Assembly: GCA_033763455.1 (NCBI GenBank)
Contig: JANRKO010000045.1
Location: 64,001 to 128,000, forward strand
Length of the DNA stretch: 64,000 bases
DNA from: Polyangiaceae bacterium
Lineage (GTDB): Bacteria; Myxococcota_A; Polyangia; Polyangiales; Polyangiaceae
Direction: 5' to 3'
In this document: in pieces, positions 10,217 to 18,780 of the stretch
Layout of the letters: each line of letters starts with the position of its first letter
Numbering within the stretch: the first letter of the stretch is position 1
Made by a program: the position numbers and the translations under genes
Notes under the pieces: model-generated
What the model was told of the DNA's origin: nothing
Databases searched by the model: none
What the model saw: only the letters and a program-made list of their open reading frames with translations

Positions 10217-11623
10217 TTAGCGATACAGGTCAGCGAGGTCGTGCCACTTCACGGTGGCTTCGCTCCCCTCCTGCTTCTTCGAGTCCCGATGCTCCTTGGG
10301 CGGGCGCTCGCGCACGAATAAGTGCTTTTTGATGGTGGCCCCCCGCAGGTTTGGGTAAGCACCTGCCTTGGCGGAGAGCTCATCCAACAGCTTCGGCACG
10401 GATCGCACCGCACCCCACTTGCACTCACCAATATCGGTGACCCCATCTTCCCTCAGGCCCACCACATCTATCTGGGTATCTTTGCTCCAATATTCCCCCA
10501 CACTGAACGGGGCATTCACACCGTCTCGCACGTAAAGCCTCCCGAGCGCCTCTCGACAGAGACGCTCAAAACAAGTGCCGAAATAGGCGTCCAGCTCAGG
10601 CCGGATACGCTCACGAAAGGCTTTGTTAGGACCGGCTTGCTGCAGATAGCTTAGATTCGGAAACACGAACCGAAACCAAAACCTCAACAAAGGATCTTCC
10701 AGAGAATAACGCACTTGCCGCTGGCTCGGACGGCTTCCTGTAAGCGGAGAGCGACGCCCAATGTAACCCAGCTCGCTCAACTGCTGCAGGTAGTAGTGAA
10801 GGCTTCGTTCGGGAAGCCCACTCGCCGCCGCAATCTGAGAACTCGTAGCGTGGCCGTTCGCCACGGCAACGAGCAACGCGTAGTAGTTATCGACCTCCCG
10901 CAGCTCCTCGCGCAAAAGGAAGTCGGGCTCGCGAAAAAGGGGGCCAAATTCGCCCAAAATAACCGACTCAATATTCTGCTCCACTGAGCGTGCAGGATCA
11001 AAAAGCGTCAAATAGGTGGGCACTCCACCACACACGAAGTAGGCTCGCGCTCGCTCCACGAGTGACCAACTAGGATGAAAATCCTGCGCCTCGCGATAGC
11101 CAAATGGTAAGAGCTTTATCTGGGCAGTGCGCCGACCAAAGAGCGGGCTCCGCTTCCCCAAAACTTCCCGCTCCATGAAGCCCACATAGGAGCCACACAA
11201 GATGAGCATCACGTTGCCAGCACGCCGCCAGCGATTGTCCCAACAATCCTGGAGCACACCGGGCAACTCAGGGCTAGCGTGCGCCAGCCACTGGAACTCA
11301 TCCAACGCTAACACCAGCTTCTGCGGCCCCCGATGCCGCTCCACAATGTTGATGAGGAGCCGCTTCCAATCCGTCACGCCCGAGCTAGCCAAAAGAGGTT
11401 CGCCGAGCACCCGGGCCGCCTCGCGCCCCAGCTCCTCCATCTGTAAGGCCGGCGGAGCCGTCTTGCCGACGTAGTAAAGAGCTGGCTTGGCCTCGGCGAA
11501 GCGCAGGATGAGCTCGCTCTTGCCAACCCGGCGCCGCCCATAGATCGGCACGAACGAGGACCCAGGTGCAGCGTATTGCTCCTCCAGCGTACCGAGCTCG
11601 GCCTGCCTCCCGACGAACGCCAT
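10217..11623 (-). CDS. Archaeal-type AAA ATPase with wHTH and C-terminal PD-(D/E)xK-like (DUF234-type) domain
   Basis: FVGRQAEL, Walker A GRRRVGKS, Walker B LALDEFQ, CGS, wHTH-like region, IDVV...IGECKW. Confidence 0.9.
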   Translation of the reverse strand: MAFVGRQAELGTLEEQYAAPGSSFVPIYGRRRVGKSELILRFAEAKPALYYVGKTAPPALQMEELGREAARVLGEPLLASSGVTDWKRLLINIVERHRGPQKLVLALDEFQWLAHASPELPGVLQDCWDNRWRRAGNVMLILCGSYVGFMEREVLGKRSPLFGRRTAQIKLLPFGYREAQDFHPSWSLVERARAYFVCGGVPTYLTLFDPARSVEQNIESVILGEFGPLFREPDFLLREELREVDNYYALLVAVANGHATSSQIAAASGLPERSLHYYLQQLSELGYIGRRSPLTGSRPSQRQVRYSLEDPLLRFWFRFVFPNLSYLQQAGPNKAFRERIRPELDAYFGTCFERLCREALGRLYVRDGVNAPFSVGEYWSKDTQIDVVGLREDGVTDIGECKWGAVRSVPKLLDELSAKAGAYPNLRGATIKKHLFVRERPPKEHRDSKKQEGSEATVKWHDLADLYR

Positions 11624-11648
11624 TCCCCAAGCCTGGGCCGGACCCACG

Positions 11649-11720
11649 AGATTGTCAAGTCATGACTTGTCGAGTTACGACTTGTCGAGTTACGACTTGG
11701 CAACTTACGACTTGGCAAAG
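11649..11720. repeat. About 4.8 tandem copies of a 15-bp unit (GACTTGTCGAGTTAC), each an imperfect dyad GACTTGnCAAGTY
   Basis: Units at 11649 (degenerate), 11664, 11679 (identical to 11664), 11694 and 11709 (partial). Confidence 0.9.
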
Positions 11721-11757
11721 AGGAGCACTGAAACGGGGCTGGTTTGCCACCGGGAGC

Positions 11758-11785
11758 TTGACTGCCCCATACGGATGGCCATATT
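11758..11785 (+). promoter_or_regulatory. Putative sigma70-type promoter of ssrA
   Basis: TTGACT (11758) - 16 bp - CATATT (11780), about 37 bp upstream of the tmRNA 5' end. Confidence 0.5.
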
Positions 11786-11822
11786 CAGCCCCTGTAACTT
11801 CAACAACTTACACCCCACCCAC

Positions 11823-12168
11823 GGGGGCGAAGGGTTTCGACGTGGGGACTGAAGGTTAATCTGCGTGCGGTGGCGCCTGTCCCACCTTACAAAACGGGTC
11901 GTACTAATTGCGAACGATAACGCACTCGCTCTCGCAGCCTAAAAAACTGTAGAGCCGTCCAACCGCGAGATTGTCTTGGTAGCGGAAGGGCGTCAACACT
12001 AAGGCTGGTCTTCGAAGTGTGCTGCCTGGTTCGAGGACGAGACAAAGGGGAGCTAGGTCGATGGCCGAATCCACGAAACCCCGCCACCGGGGTCAATCTG
12101 TGGCTACGCACGTGAACGAAGGTTGATTGGACGCCTCGCGGATCCGGGTTCGATTCCCGGCGCCTCCA
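11823..12168 (+). ncRNA. ssrA: tmRNA (transfer-messenger RNA)
   Basis: 5' GGGGGCG pairs with 3' CGCCTCC-A including the G3:U alanine wobble; TTCGAC near the 5' end; T-loop GTTCGATTC; tag frame 11910-11942 encodes ANDNALALAA*. CCA is not encoded. Confidence 0.96.
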
Positions 12169-13369
12169 CAATCATTTCAAATAGTTGACTCACGTCTGAT
12201 CGATTGAACTGATCGATTAGACTTTTGGGTATCTCCGGAAAGACGTCGCCGATGGCCTCCCCGACGGCCTCGGCGGTGCGGATATATTTCTGTGTGGTCT
12301 CGAAGCTCGAGTGCCCAGCCCTCTGTTGGATCTTGAGAGTGTCCTCCCCCCGGATGGCGAGCCAGGTCAGCCCGGTGGAACGCAAGTCGTGGAACCGGAG
12401 GCGCTTGCTGGTCTGGTCGGTTGCGAAAAGTTCAGCTCGGGTGACGCCAGCCAGCTTGAGGTGTTGGCGGAGCCGAACCGCCCACCACTTTCGGTGAGGC
12501 AGCGAGACCACTGGGCCTTGTCCCCCTGTCCGTGCGTGCATGGCTCGAAGGAGCGGCATTAGGTTCGGCTCGATCACGAATCTCCGAATTCCTTTGTTAC
12601 CCGTTTTGGTTTTCTTTAGTGCACCGTCCTCGCCAATCGCATGGTGAATTCGCACGAGGCGGCTGTCGAAGTCAAAATCCGCCCAAGCGAGCGCGCACAG
12701 TTCGCCGGCTCGCGGAAACAGATAAATGGCGAGTGCATAAATGGCGCGCGAAGCAGCGGGGATTTCGTCGCAGTTCATCACCTTCAGGAATTCTTTTGGG
12801 GTGAGCCACTGCAGGTCCTTGGCGTCGAACATGTCGGGGGGAGCGACTCCGACACACGGATCTCCGTCCCGAACCTTGAGCAACTTAGGCTTGTCTTTTT
12901 TCCAGAGGCCAGCTGCGGCCTTCATCGCGGTTGTCCATACCGTCCAGGCGTTGAATCCCGTTTTTGCGGAGGTTTCGCCGCGTGCCACTTTCGCGTCCAG
13001 CGCGTCACGTAAACGCTCGCAATCCGCCGTTTGTATGTCCGCGGGATGCTTGTCGAGAATGGGCTGCAAGTGCGTCCGGTAGGCGCCGCCGACGTCCGTC
13101 AGGCCGAGCTTCTGACGATGCGCTAGGAAATCTTTCCACCAGGTCTCGCCTGTCCGTGCGGCCTCCTTGACCGGCACACTCTTGCGACCAGCCACGCCAT
13201 CTTTGGCGGCCATCTGCGAAAGAAACTGGGCCCGGTCCCGAGCAAACGCCTCACTCGTACCTTTGGGGAACACTGGAAGCCTGCGACGCGAACCGTCCGC
13301 CAACGTGATGACGGCCTGGAGTCTCCCATTCGGGAGCTTGAGTACGGTGCCGGATCTAGATCGAGGCAT
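12104..13369 (-). CDS. Tyrosine recombinase/integrase (island 1); ORF runs through attL into antisense tmRNA
   Basis: PRAGEL (R), FHDLR (HxxR), AGHSSFETTQKY (H..Y). Confidence 0.95.
   Translation of the reverse strand: MPRSRSGTVLKLPNGRLQAVITLADGSRRRLPVFPKGTSEAFARDRAQFLSQMAAKDGVAGRKSVPVKEAARTGETWWKDFLAHRQKLGLTDVGGAYRTHLQPILDKHPADIQTADCERLRDALDAKVARGETSAKTGFNAWTVWTTAMKAAAGLWKKDKPKLLKVRDGDPCVGVAPPDMFDAKDLQWLTPKEFLKVMNCDEIPAASRAIYALAIYLFPRAGELCALAWADFDFDSRLVRIHHAIGEDGALKKTKTGNKGIRRFVIEPNLMPLLRAMHARTGGQGPVVSLPHRKWWAVRLRQHLKLAGVTRAELFATDQTSKRLRFHDLRSTGLTWLAIRGEDTLKIQQRAGHSSFETTQKYIRTAEAVGEAIGDVFPEIPKSLIDQFNRSDVSQLFEMIVEAPGIEPGSARRPINLRSRA
12147..12169 (+). repeat. attL core: 23-bp direct repeat GGTTCGATTCCCGGCGCCTCCAC (tmRNA 3' end)
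   Basis: Exact copy at 62072-62094. Confidence 0.95.
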
Positions 13370-13444
13370 GGTTGAAAGGCCCTACTTGGAAAACGTGTGG
13401 GTTTTGCGAAATGCGCGCTCGAGCACTGAATGAGTGGGGTAACG

Positions 13445-13990
13445 TCATCGACTAACTGCCTTCGCCGCTGCCTGTTCCCAGGCTTCTAACGAAGTTGGCT
13501 CCGGCACGACAGCCGTCTTGGGGCGCGGCCTGTAGCCATTTTTTTCGATAGCTTCATCGAGCCAAGAGCGCCGAAAAATGATCCGCCCACGCTCGGCGAC
13601 ACACGATCGAAGCCTTCCCTCACGTACCCAGCGGCGGAGCGTGGGGACGGCGATGGGGACTTGGGTGGGCGCGGACCGCAGATCAAGCCACGGATCATTC
13701 GTACGCGAGCGCGAAATCGCCGTTGCCTCGATTGAGTCAGCCTGGGAACTGAGGACCGCGGCTAGGGCACGCAGATTTGTGGGGGCCAACGCAAGCAACT
13801 GGCTTTCAGATGACGCTTGGCTCGCCCCCGTCTGAGAAGAAGGCCGCTCAAGCACATCGTTCTGGGGGCGCAGGTTTCCAGGTGAGTATTTCATGACGCT
13901 CAGCCAAGAAAGCATTTTCTCGGTGTGGAAATCCACATGCTTTTGTTGCCCCCCCAATCCTGTACCGGCGAATAACCGCGTGGTTGTCAA
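13445..13990 (-). CDS. Excisionase-like HTH DNA-binding protein (true start probably downstream of the ORF-track start)
   Basis: PWLDL...VPTLRRWVREGRL...GRIIFRRSWLDE resembles HTH_17/Xis; lies directly upstream of the integrase. Confidence 0.7.
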   Translation of the reverse strand: MTTTRLFAGTGLGGQQKHVDFHTEKMLSWLSVMKYSPGNLRPQNDVLERPSSQTGASQASSESQLLALAPTNLRALAAVLSSQADSIEATAISRSRTNDPWLDLRSAPTQVPIAVPTLRRWVREGRLRSCVAERGRIIFRRSWLDEAIEKNGYRPRPKTAVVPEPTSLEAWEQAAAKAVSR

Positions 13991-13996
13991 CCGAAA

Positions 13997-15031
13997 TCAA
14001 TCGGCGACAGGTTCTTCATCTGCAGCGTTGACGCTCCCGATAAACCAAGTTCGAAAGTCAGTCCCAGCATGGCTTGCAAGGCTTGTTCGTACCCTTTTTG
14101 CCCGCCCCCTCATGTGGAGCGCACCTTCTACCGGCACGAGGCTAGCGATTTCAATTTCGGAGAATCCAGCGCTTTTGAGTTGCTGACATACTGCTATGAG
14201 CGTCGACGCTGAGGGGCTCGTCCCGCGACCGTGGCAATCAGCTGGGCGAGCCAGACAGGTAGGCCGCAACTTCTCGTCGAGCGCCAGCAGCTCCTTAGCG
14301 AGCGCTGTAAGCTCAACCGTAATCCCGTGAAGGAGCGGTGACTTGGCGTCCTGAAGACGCTTCGCGATCGCGAGTAGGTCGCGACTCGAATCCAATATCT
14401 GCGCGGCAAAACACCGAACAGCTTCCTTCAACGGTGAATCGCGAACCTCCAGCCACTCCCAGATCGATCGACAAACGGCCCCTAGTTTTCGTCTTTCAGT
14501 GGTCACTTGCGAGTTGGTCGGCCCAAGAATGTCAAAGTGCATTGCCGCTACGACTTCGACGGGCATCTGCGCTAGCTCTGGTGCTTCCCCGGCGACCCAT
14601 TCCATCAGCGGATTGATCATCGGCAGAACGTCGATGGTTTTGGTGCCACGGACGCGTTCCCTTCGGAGTGAGAACGGTGCCACGAGCTCGCCGCCGGGGG
14701 GAGCGGAAGCCTCAATTAGGCGAAGGCGATCGGAAAGTTCGCGGATCTGGGTGATAGCGCGGGCGGGCACCACGCACAGAAGCTCGTGCGGGTGTGGCAC
14801 CGCTGAGTGTGTACAGGTCAGAGGCACCATCTGTGGCACCTGGAGCCCTCTTTCGTTTAGCTGTTCCAACGCGCTGTCTCGGAGCCTTGCGTACTCTTCC
14901 GCGTCGCGCCTCAGAGCCTCCACGACTCCGGTGCTAGCGTCCTCAAGGTCGCGGCCTACCTGAGCTAGACGCGTCGCCACCATGAACGGGTTCCGCTTGT
15001 GGGGTGTTGCTGTTCGCAGCGTCGATGGCAT
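13997..15031 (-). CDS. Hypothetical island protein
   Basis: Long ORF (open up to 15181) co-oriented with xis/int; no recognised domain; start uncertain. Confidence 0.55.
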   Translation of the reverse strand: MPSTLRTATPHKRNPFMVATRLAQVGRDLEDASTGVVEALRRDAEEYARLRDSALEQLNERGLQVPQMVPLTCTHSAVPHPHELLCVVPARAITQIRELSDRLRLIEASAPPGGELVAPFSLRRERVRGTKTIDVLPMINPLMEWVAGEAPELAQMPVEVVAAMHFDILGPTNSQVTTERRKLGAVCRSIWEWLEVRDSPLKEAVRCFAAQILDSSRDLLAIAKRLQDAKSPLLHGITVELTALAKELLALDEKLRPTCLARPADCHGRGTSPSASTLIAVCQQLKSAGFSEIEIASLVPVEGALHMRGRAKRVRTSLASHAGTDFRTWFIGSVNAADEEPVAD

Positions 15032-15289
15032 GACCGTCAGCTTACGGCCGGTTGGGATCCGCGCAAGCGAGTTTGGTCGGAGGACACTACCCGCTCCGTT
15101 TGGACCGTTCCGGGTGCAACCGCGTTGCCAAGGTTTCATTGGAGCTCGGGTTCGGAAAAGGCGCATTCCGCGGGTTGTCAATTAGACGGTCCCAAGACCG
15201 CCGTGCCCCCCATTTTTTGGAATTAGAATATTGGTCCAAAAACTAAAGGCAGGATCCATTTCCCGCGAGAAACATGCCGGAGCTGAGCA

Positions 15290-15319
15290 ATATTCGGTAT
15301 TAAATTTAATTCCGAATAT
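15290..15319. promoter_or_regulatory. AT-rich 30-bp near-perfect palindrome
   Basis: ATATTCGGTATTAAATTTAATTCCGAATAT, 14 of 15 symmetric pairs; function inferred only. Confidence 0.55.
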
Positions 15320-16104
15320 ATTGGCTGGAAATTGCGAAAAGCCCTGCCCCTCTTCGCATTGGTGCGTGGAGGCGTGAACCTGTTTCGCAGGGCTCTGCCG
15401 GCTCCCGCCTAGCTCACCGAGCGAGCAGGTCACCAGCACGCATGGGTTCCGGAGCCAAGTCCTCCTCGGTGCGAAGGGAGCCTCACCCCTCCCCCTTCGC
15501 TCGGGCTCTCAAGTGTTCGCCTACTGACAAGTCCCCGCGCTGCAAACCGAGCCGCCACCGGCGACGCAATCTTCAGCGAATGAGCATGTCCCAGCGTTAG
15601 CCTGCGCACAACTAATCACCACGCTTGATGCCTCCTGCGCGCACTTGCCGCAGCTCAGCTCATTGTCTTGCACGTCGTAATCGTAGCCAGCCAACGGCGC
15701 CGCGCCCAGCTGGCATGGATCACCAAACCGTGCCAAGCGTGAAGCTGCCGTCGGCTGCTGTTTCGGTGAACAATGCGCTATCAACAATGCTTCCGTTGGG
15801 GTATGAAGTAGCATTCCTCCCAAGGACTGCGCTGGCTTGGTGATTTTCTCGCGTGTGTATTCATGTTTGTACAGAGTATGTCCGCCTGGACCTGAGCACT
15901 GCCATTCGGTGGCAGAGCGGCCAGCAATTACAGCGCCGACTCCGGGGCGCCAGAAGGGGTGGAGCGCATAGGCCGCCCAGGCTGCTTGCGCTGCACACGA
16001 GGATTAGAACGTCGGCGCTTTTGAACGCTCGGGCTCCGCAGATGAAGCGCTACCATCACATTCGACGAGGTCTGCCTCAGCCCACCACGATCCAACTCTG
16101 CCAG

Positions 16105-17424
16105 CTAAGGTAACGCGTACCCTAGGACATCCTGGGCGGGGCTGAGCGAAGCGAATTGCGGGGCGCATCCGGCTGCTAGGGCTTGAAGGCGTACCCACTC
16201 CGAGGAACGAGCTACCTTATCGACGCGCAATTCGTCAATCATGCCATTGAACCAAGAATCCACGCCGCCTTCTTCACTCCCGATGGCGTTCTCACCGCTC
16301 GGCGTGGACAGAAAAAGCGAGCCTGTCCACATTCCCTGGCGTTCGCCAACGGAGTCACCGTTGACATACAAGCGCGTTGTTTTCCGTGGAACATCAATCA
16401 CAACGGTTACGTAAGACCATTCGCGGTCAGCCACCGAATCGCGAGGCGAAAGAGCCCATTCGTAGGGGCCATCATCAGGGTTAGCCTCACCGATGAGTTC
16501 CCCTGCGGAGCTAACAGCAACTGATACTCGGGAAATATGGCTAGGTTCGGCAATACTCGTGGCAAAGAGGATCTGTTGACCTTTTTGCAGCGTAGGCTCG
16601 AGACTGCGATCGTGTTTTACCCAGGCTGATACCGTGACGCCGCTGGCGCCGGAAACGAAGTCAGCGTACTCGGGCAACTTTACGAAATCCTTCTCAAGTC
16701 GTTTCAAGAACAATCCCGCGCCAATCTTCGAGGCTGCAAAGCTCCCCATATTGGCTGCTCCTTCGCTTTGCTGGTGCCCGCTCGAATCAGCGACCTTGTC
16801 CGCCATGTGCCACACGGCGCTATAGCTGGGGGCCCACACATCACTAGCCGAAAAGGTTGACGGCGGCGAATCTTGCCCCCCGTAATAGAGCCAGAACCCG
16901 TATCCGTTCCCATTGGGTCTAAGCTCTGGCGCTCGTACCCAAATCAGGGCTTCTCCCCCTGCGGCCCAAAGCTCTACCTCGTACGGAAGCGCTTCACCTT
17001 CCGCAGAGAAGAACCGAAGACCCGCGCCGTCTGTTGCACCCCGCAGAAGTGAAGTCTGAATTCGTAGCAAGACGGGAAGGCCCGTTAGTGCCTCGGACAG
17101 ACTTGGAACCGCCAACTGCACCCAGCGCCTCGTAAGCGTAGATACAACGCTCGATGCGCCGGCAGCACCAGCCGGAGGCGCTGGTGCGGAACCCGCTTTG
17201 GCGGCCGATGCCCCACCCGACAAGAACGATGCCCCCCTACCACCCATGCCTCCCGCTGGCATCGCTCGTGTGGGTGAGACGTCGATCGTACCGCGACCCG
17301 CAGTTGTCGGCACGCTCGCCTCTTGCCCCGAAGGCAGGGAAGTGCTGGACGATGAAGTGCACGAAACTAATGCATGATGGAGGAGGGGTATGGTGATTAC
17401 AGCAATTCGAAACGCAAATTTCAT
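16105..17424 (-). CDS. Lipoprotein with DUF2341 and LamG/concanavalin-like domain (cassette 1 partner)
   Basis: Lipobox LVSC, Gly/Ala linker, LRFFS..GEALPYEVE.W...IWVR, WSYVTVV..TRLYVNG..FNGMIDELR. Confidence 0.85.
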   Translation of the reverse strand: MKFAFRIAVITIPLLHHALVSCTSSSSTSLPSGQEASVPTTAGRGTIDVSPTRAMPAGGMGGRGASFLSGGASAAKAGSAPAPPAGAAGASSVVSTLTRRWVQLAVPSLSEALTGLPVLLRIQTSLLRGATDGAGLRFFSAEGEALPYEVELWAAGGEALIWVRAPELRPNGNGYGFWLYYGGQDSPPSTFSASDVWAPSYSAVWHMADKVADSSGHQQSEGAANMGSFAASKIGAGLFLKRLEKDFVKLPEYADFVSGASGVTVSAWVKHDRSLEPTLQKGQQILFATSIAEPSHISRVSVAVSSAGELIGEANPDDGPYEWALSPRDSVADREWSYVTVVIDVPRKTTRLYVNGDSVGERQGMWTGSLFLSTPSGENAIGSEEGGVDSWFNGMIDELRVDKVARSSEWVRLQALAAGCAPQFASLSPAQDVLGYALP

Positions 17425-17427
17425 CGA

Positions 17428-18774
17428 CTAGATCCCCGGCAGAGGTTCGACTTGTTTGGCAAACTCGGTCACCCCCAACCCCGCACGTTGTAGAACGCTC
17501 AGCATGAGGCGCGCTGCCGGTAACCCACCGAAGCGGACGTGTCTTCCCGTCGTTACGGTGCCACCCCCCTTGCCCGCAAGAATCAGTGGCAAATTGGTCA
17601 CGTCATGCGCGCCACCGTTGCCGAGCTCACTCCCCATGTAGATAAGACAGTTATCAAGCACAGTGCCGTTGCCCTCTGGGGTTGCTTTTAGGGATTTCAG
17701 TAGCCGAGCAAAGAACCCTACGTGTAGACGGCCATAGCCAAGAATCCCGGGCATGTTGCCGTCGTGGTGGCAGTTGTGCTGCGCTGGCAACGTTGAGGTG
17801 CCAAGCGCTTGAGCGACAGCGGAATTCCGAGCGTCGCATAAACCGCTCTCGTTGTCACAGTCCCTACCGTTAGTGACCATGAAGCTGCCGTAGCGGGTCA
17901 TATCGCATTTGAGGGCAATTGCAAGAAGTTCATTCATGACTTCGGCGCGACGAACGCCGTCGAGGGGAGCGGCTGGGCGTTCTGGCCCGACGGCGCATAT
18001 CGGATCGGTGTTGGTGGGCGGCGAAAAGATGCTGCGCTCTAGCTCTCTCACTGCCGAAAGATGGGCATCAATCTTCTGTCGATCAGCGGGACCAACAACA
18101 GCACTCAAAGACACCGCTTCGCTCTTAACTAGGTCGAGTACACTCTTGCGAGACTGGGCCCGATAGGCATCCTCGGCGGTGCTACCTGACGCGCCAAACA
18201 GCTTGGAAAAGAGTACTCGCTCGTCACGAATCGCTGGGGCACGCTGCTGTTTGGCCACCCAAGAGATGTTGGAAATGACCGCGCCGCTGACGCTCTCCTG
18301 GACGGTGGTACTCTCCGGGCCAGCGGCTAGCACAAGCGAAGCGAAACGTGTCTCCGCCCCTTTGAGCTTTGCGGCAACTTGATCCAACGAAGGCCCACCT
18401 GCCCCAAGGTTGGTGATCGGCATGCCATTGGCGAAGGTTCCCGTTCCCACAATATGCCCGTCCGTCAGGATAGACTCGCGGTTGGCGTCAAGGCCAGTAA
18501 GGACGCTGAAGTCGGTCTTAAACTCGGCCAGGGGTTCCAACAGTGCAGTTAGCTCGTAATCAGTGCCCTCTTGCGCGGGATGCCACACCGAAGGGTGCAC
18601 ACCGTTCGGCATGAACCACGTCAGAATCCTCACGGGGGGCGAAGTTGCTGCCCTCGCAGAGTTTACGAAGAAACGACCTCGATCATCCTGCATGATATCT
18701 AGAGCGGGCAGCCCCAGCGTTGCTCCTGCCCCCATCAGCAGGGTACGACGCGAAATACGCTTAAAACGATTCAT
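17428..18774 (-). CDS. DUF1552-type Tat-exported His-rich protein (cassette 1)
   Basis: ISRRTLLMG, FMPNG, SLDQ, HNCHH, LDNCLIYMGSE..AHD..LPLILAG. Confidence 0.9.
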   Translation of the reverse strand: MNRFKRISRRTLLMGAGATLGLPALDIMQDDRGRFFVNSARAATSPPVRILTWFMPNGVHPSVWHPAQEGTDYELTALLEPLAEFKTDFSVLTGLDANRESILTDGHIVGTGTFANGMPITNLGAGGPSLDQVAAKLKGAETRFASLVLAAGPESTTVQESVSGAVISNISWVAKQQRAPAIRDERVLFSKLFGASGSTAEDAYRAQSRKSVLDLVKSEAVSLSAVVGPADRQKIDAHLSAVRELERSIFSPPTNTDPICAVGPERPAAPLDGVRRAEVMNELLAIALKCDMTRYGSFMVTNGRDCDNESGLCDARNSAVAQALGTSTLPAQHNCHHDGNMPGILGYGRLHVGFFARLLKSLKATPEGNGTVLDNCLIYMGSELGNGGAHDVTNLPLILAGKGGGTVTTGRHVRFGGLPAARLMLSVLQRAGLGVTEFAKQVEPLPGI

Positions 18775-18780
18775 AGTTAC

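Noticed and set aside
11649..11720. Possible CRISPR array
   Set aside because: Units are 15 bp, contiguous and lack unique spacers; no cas genes in the window.
11887..12171. 94-aa ORF antisense to tmRNA as a stand-alone gene
   Set aside because: Lies wholly over the structured RNA, with a TTG start and no recognisable features; relevant only as a potential integrase 2 tail.
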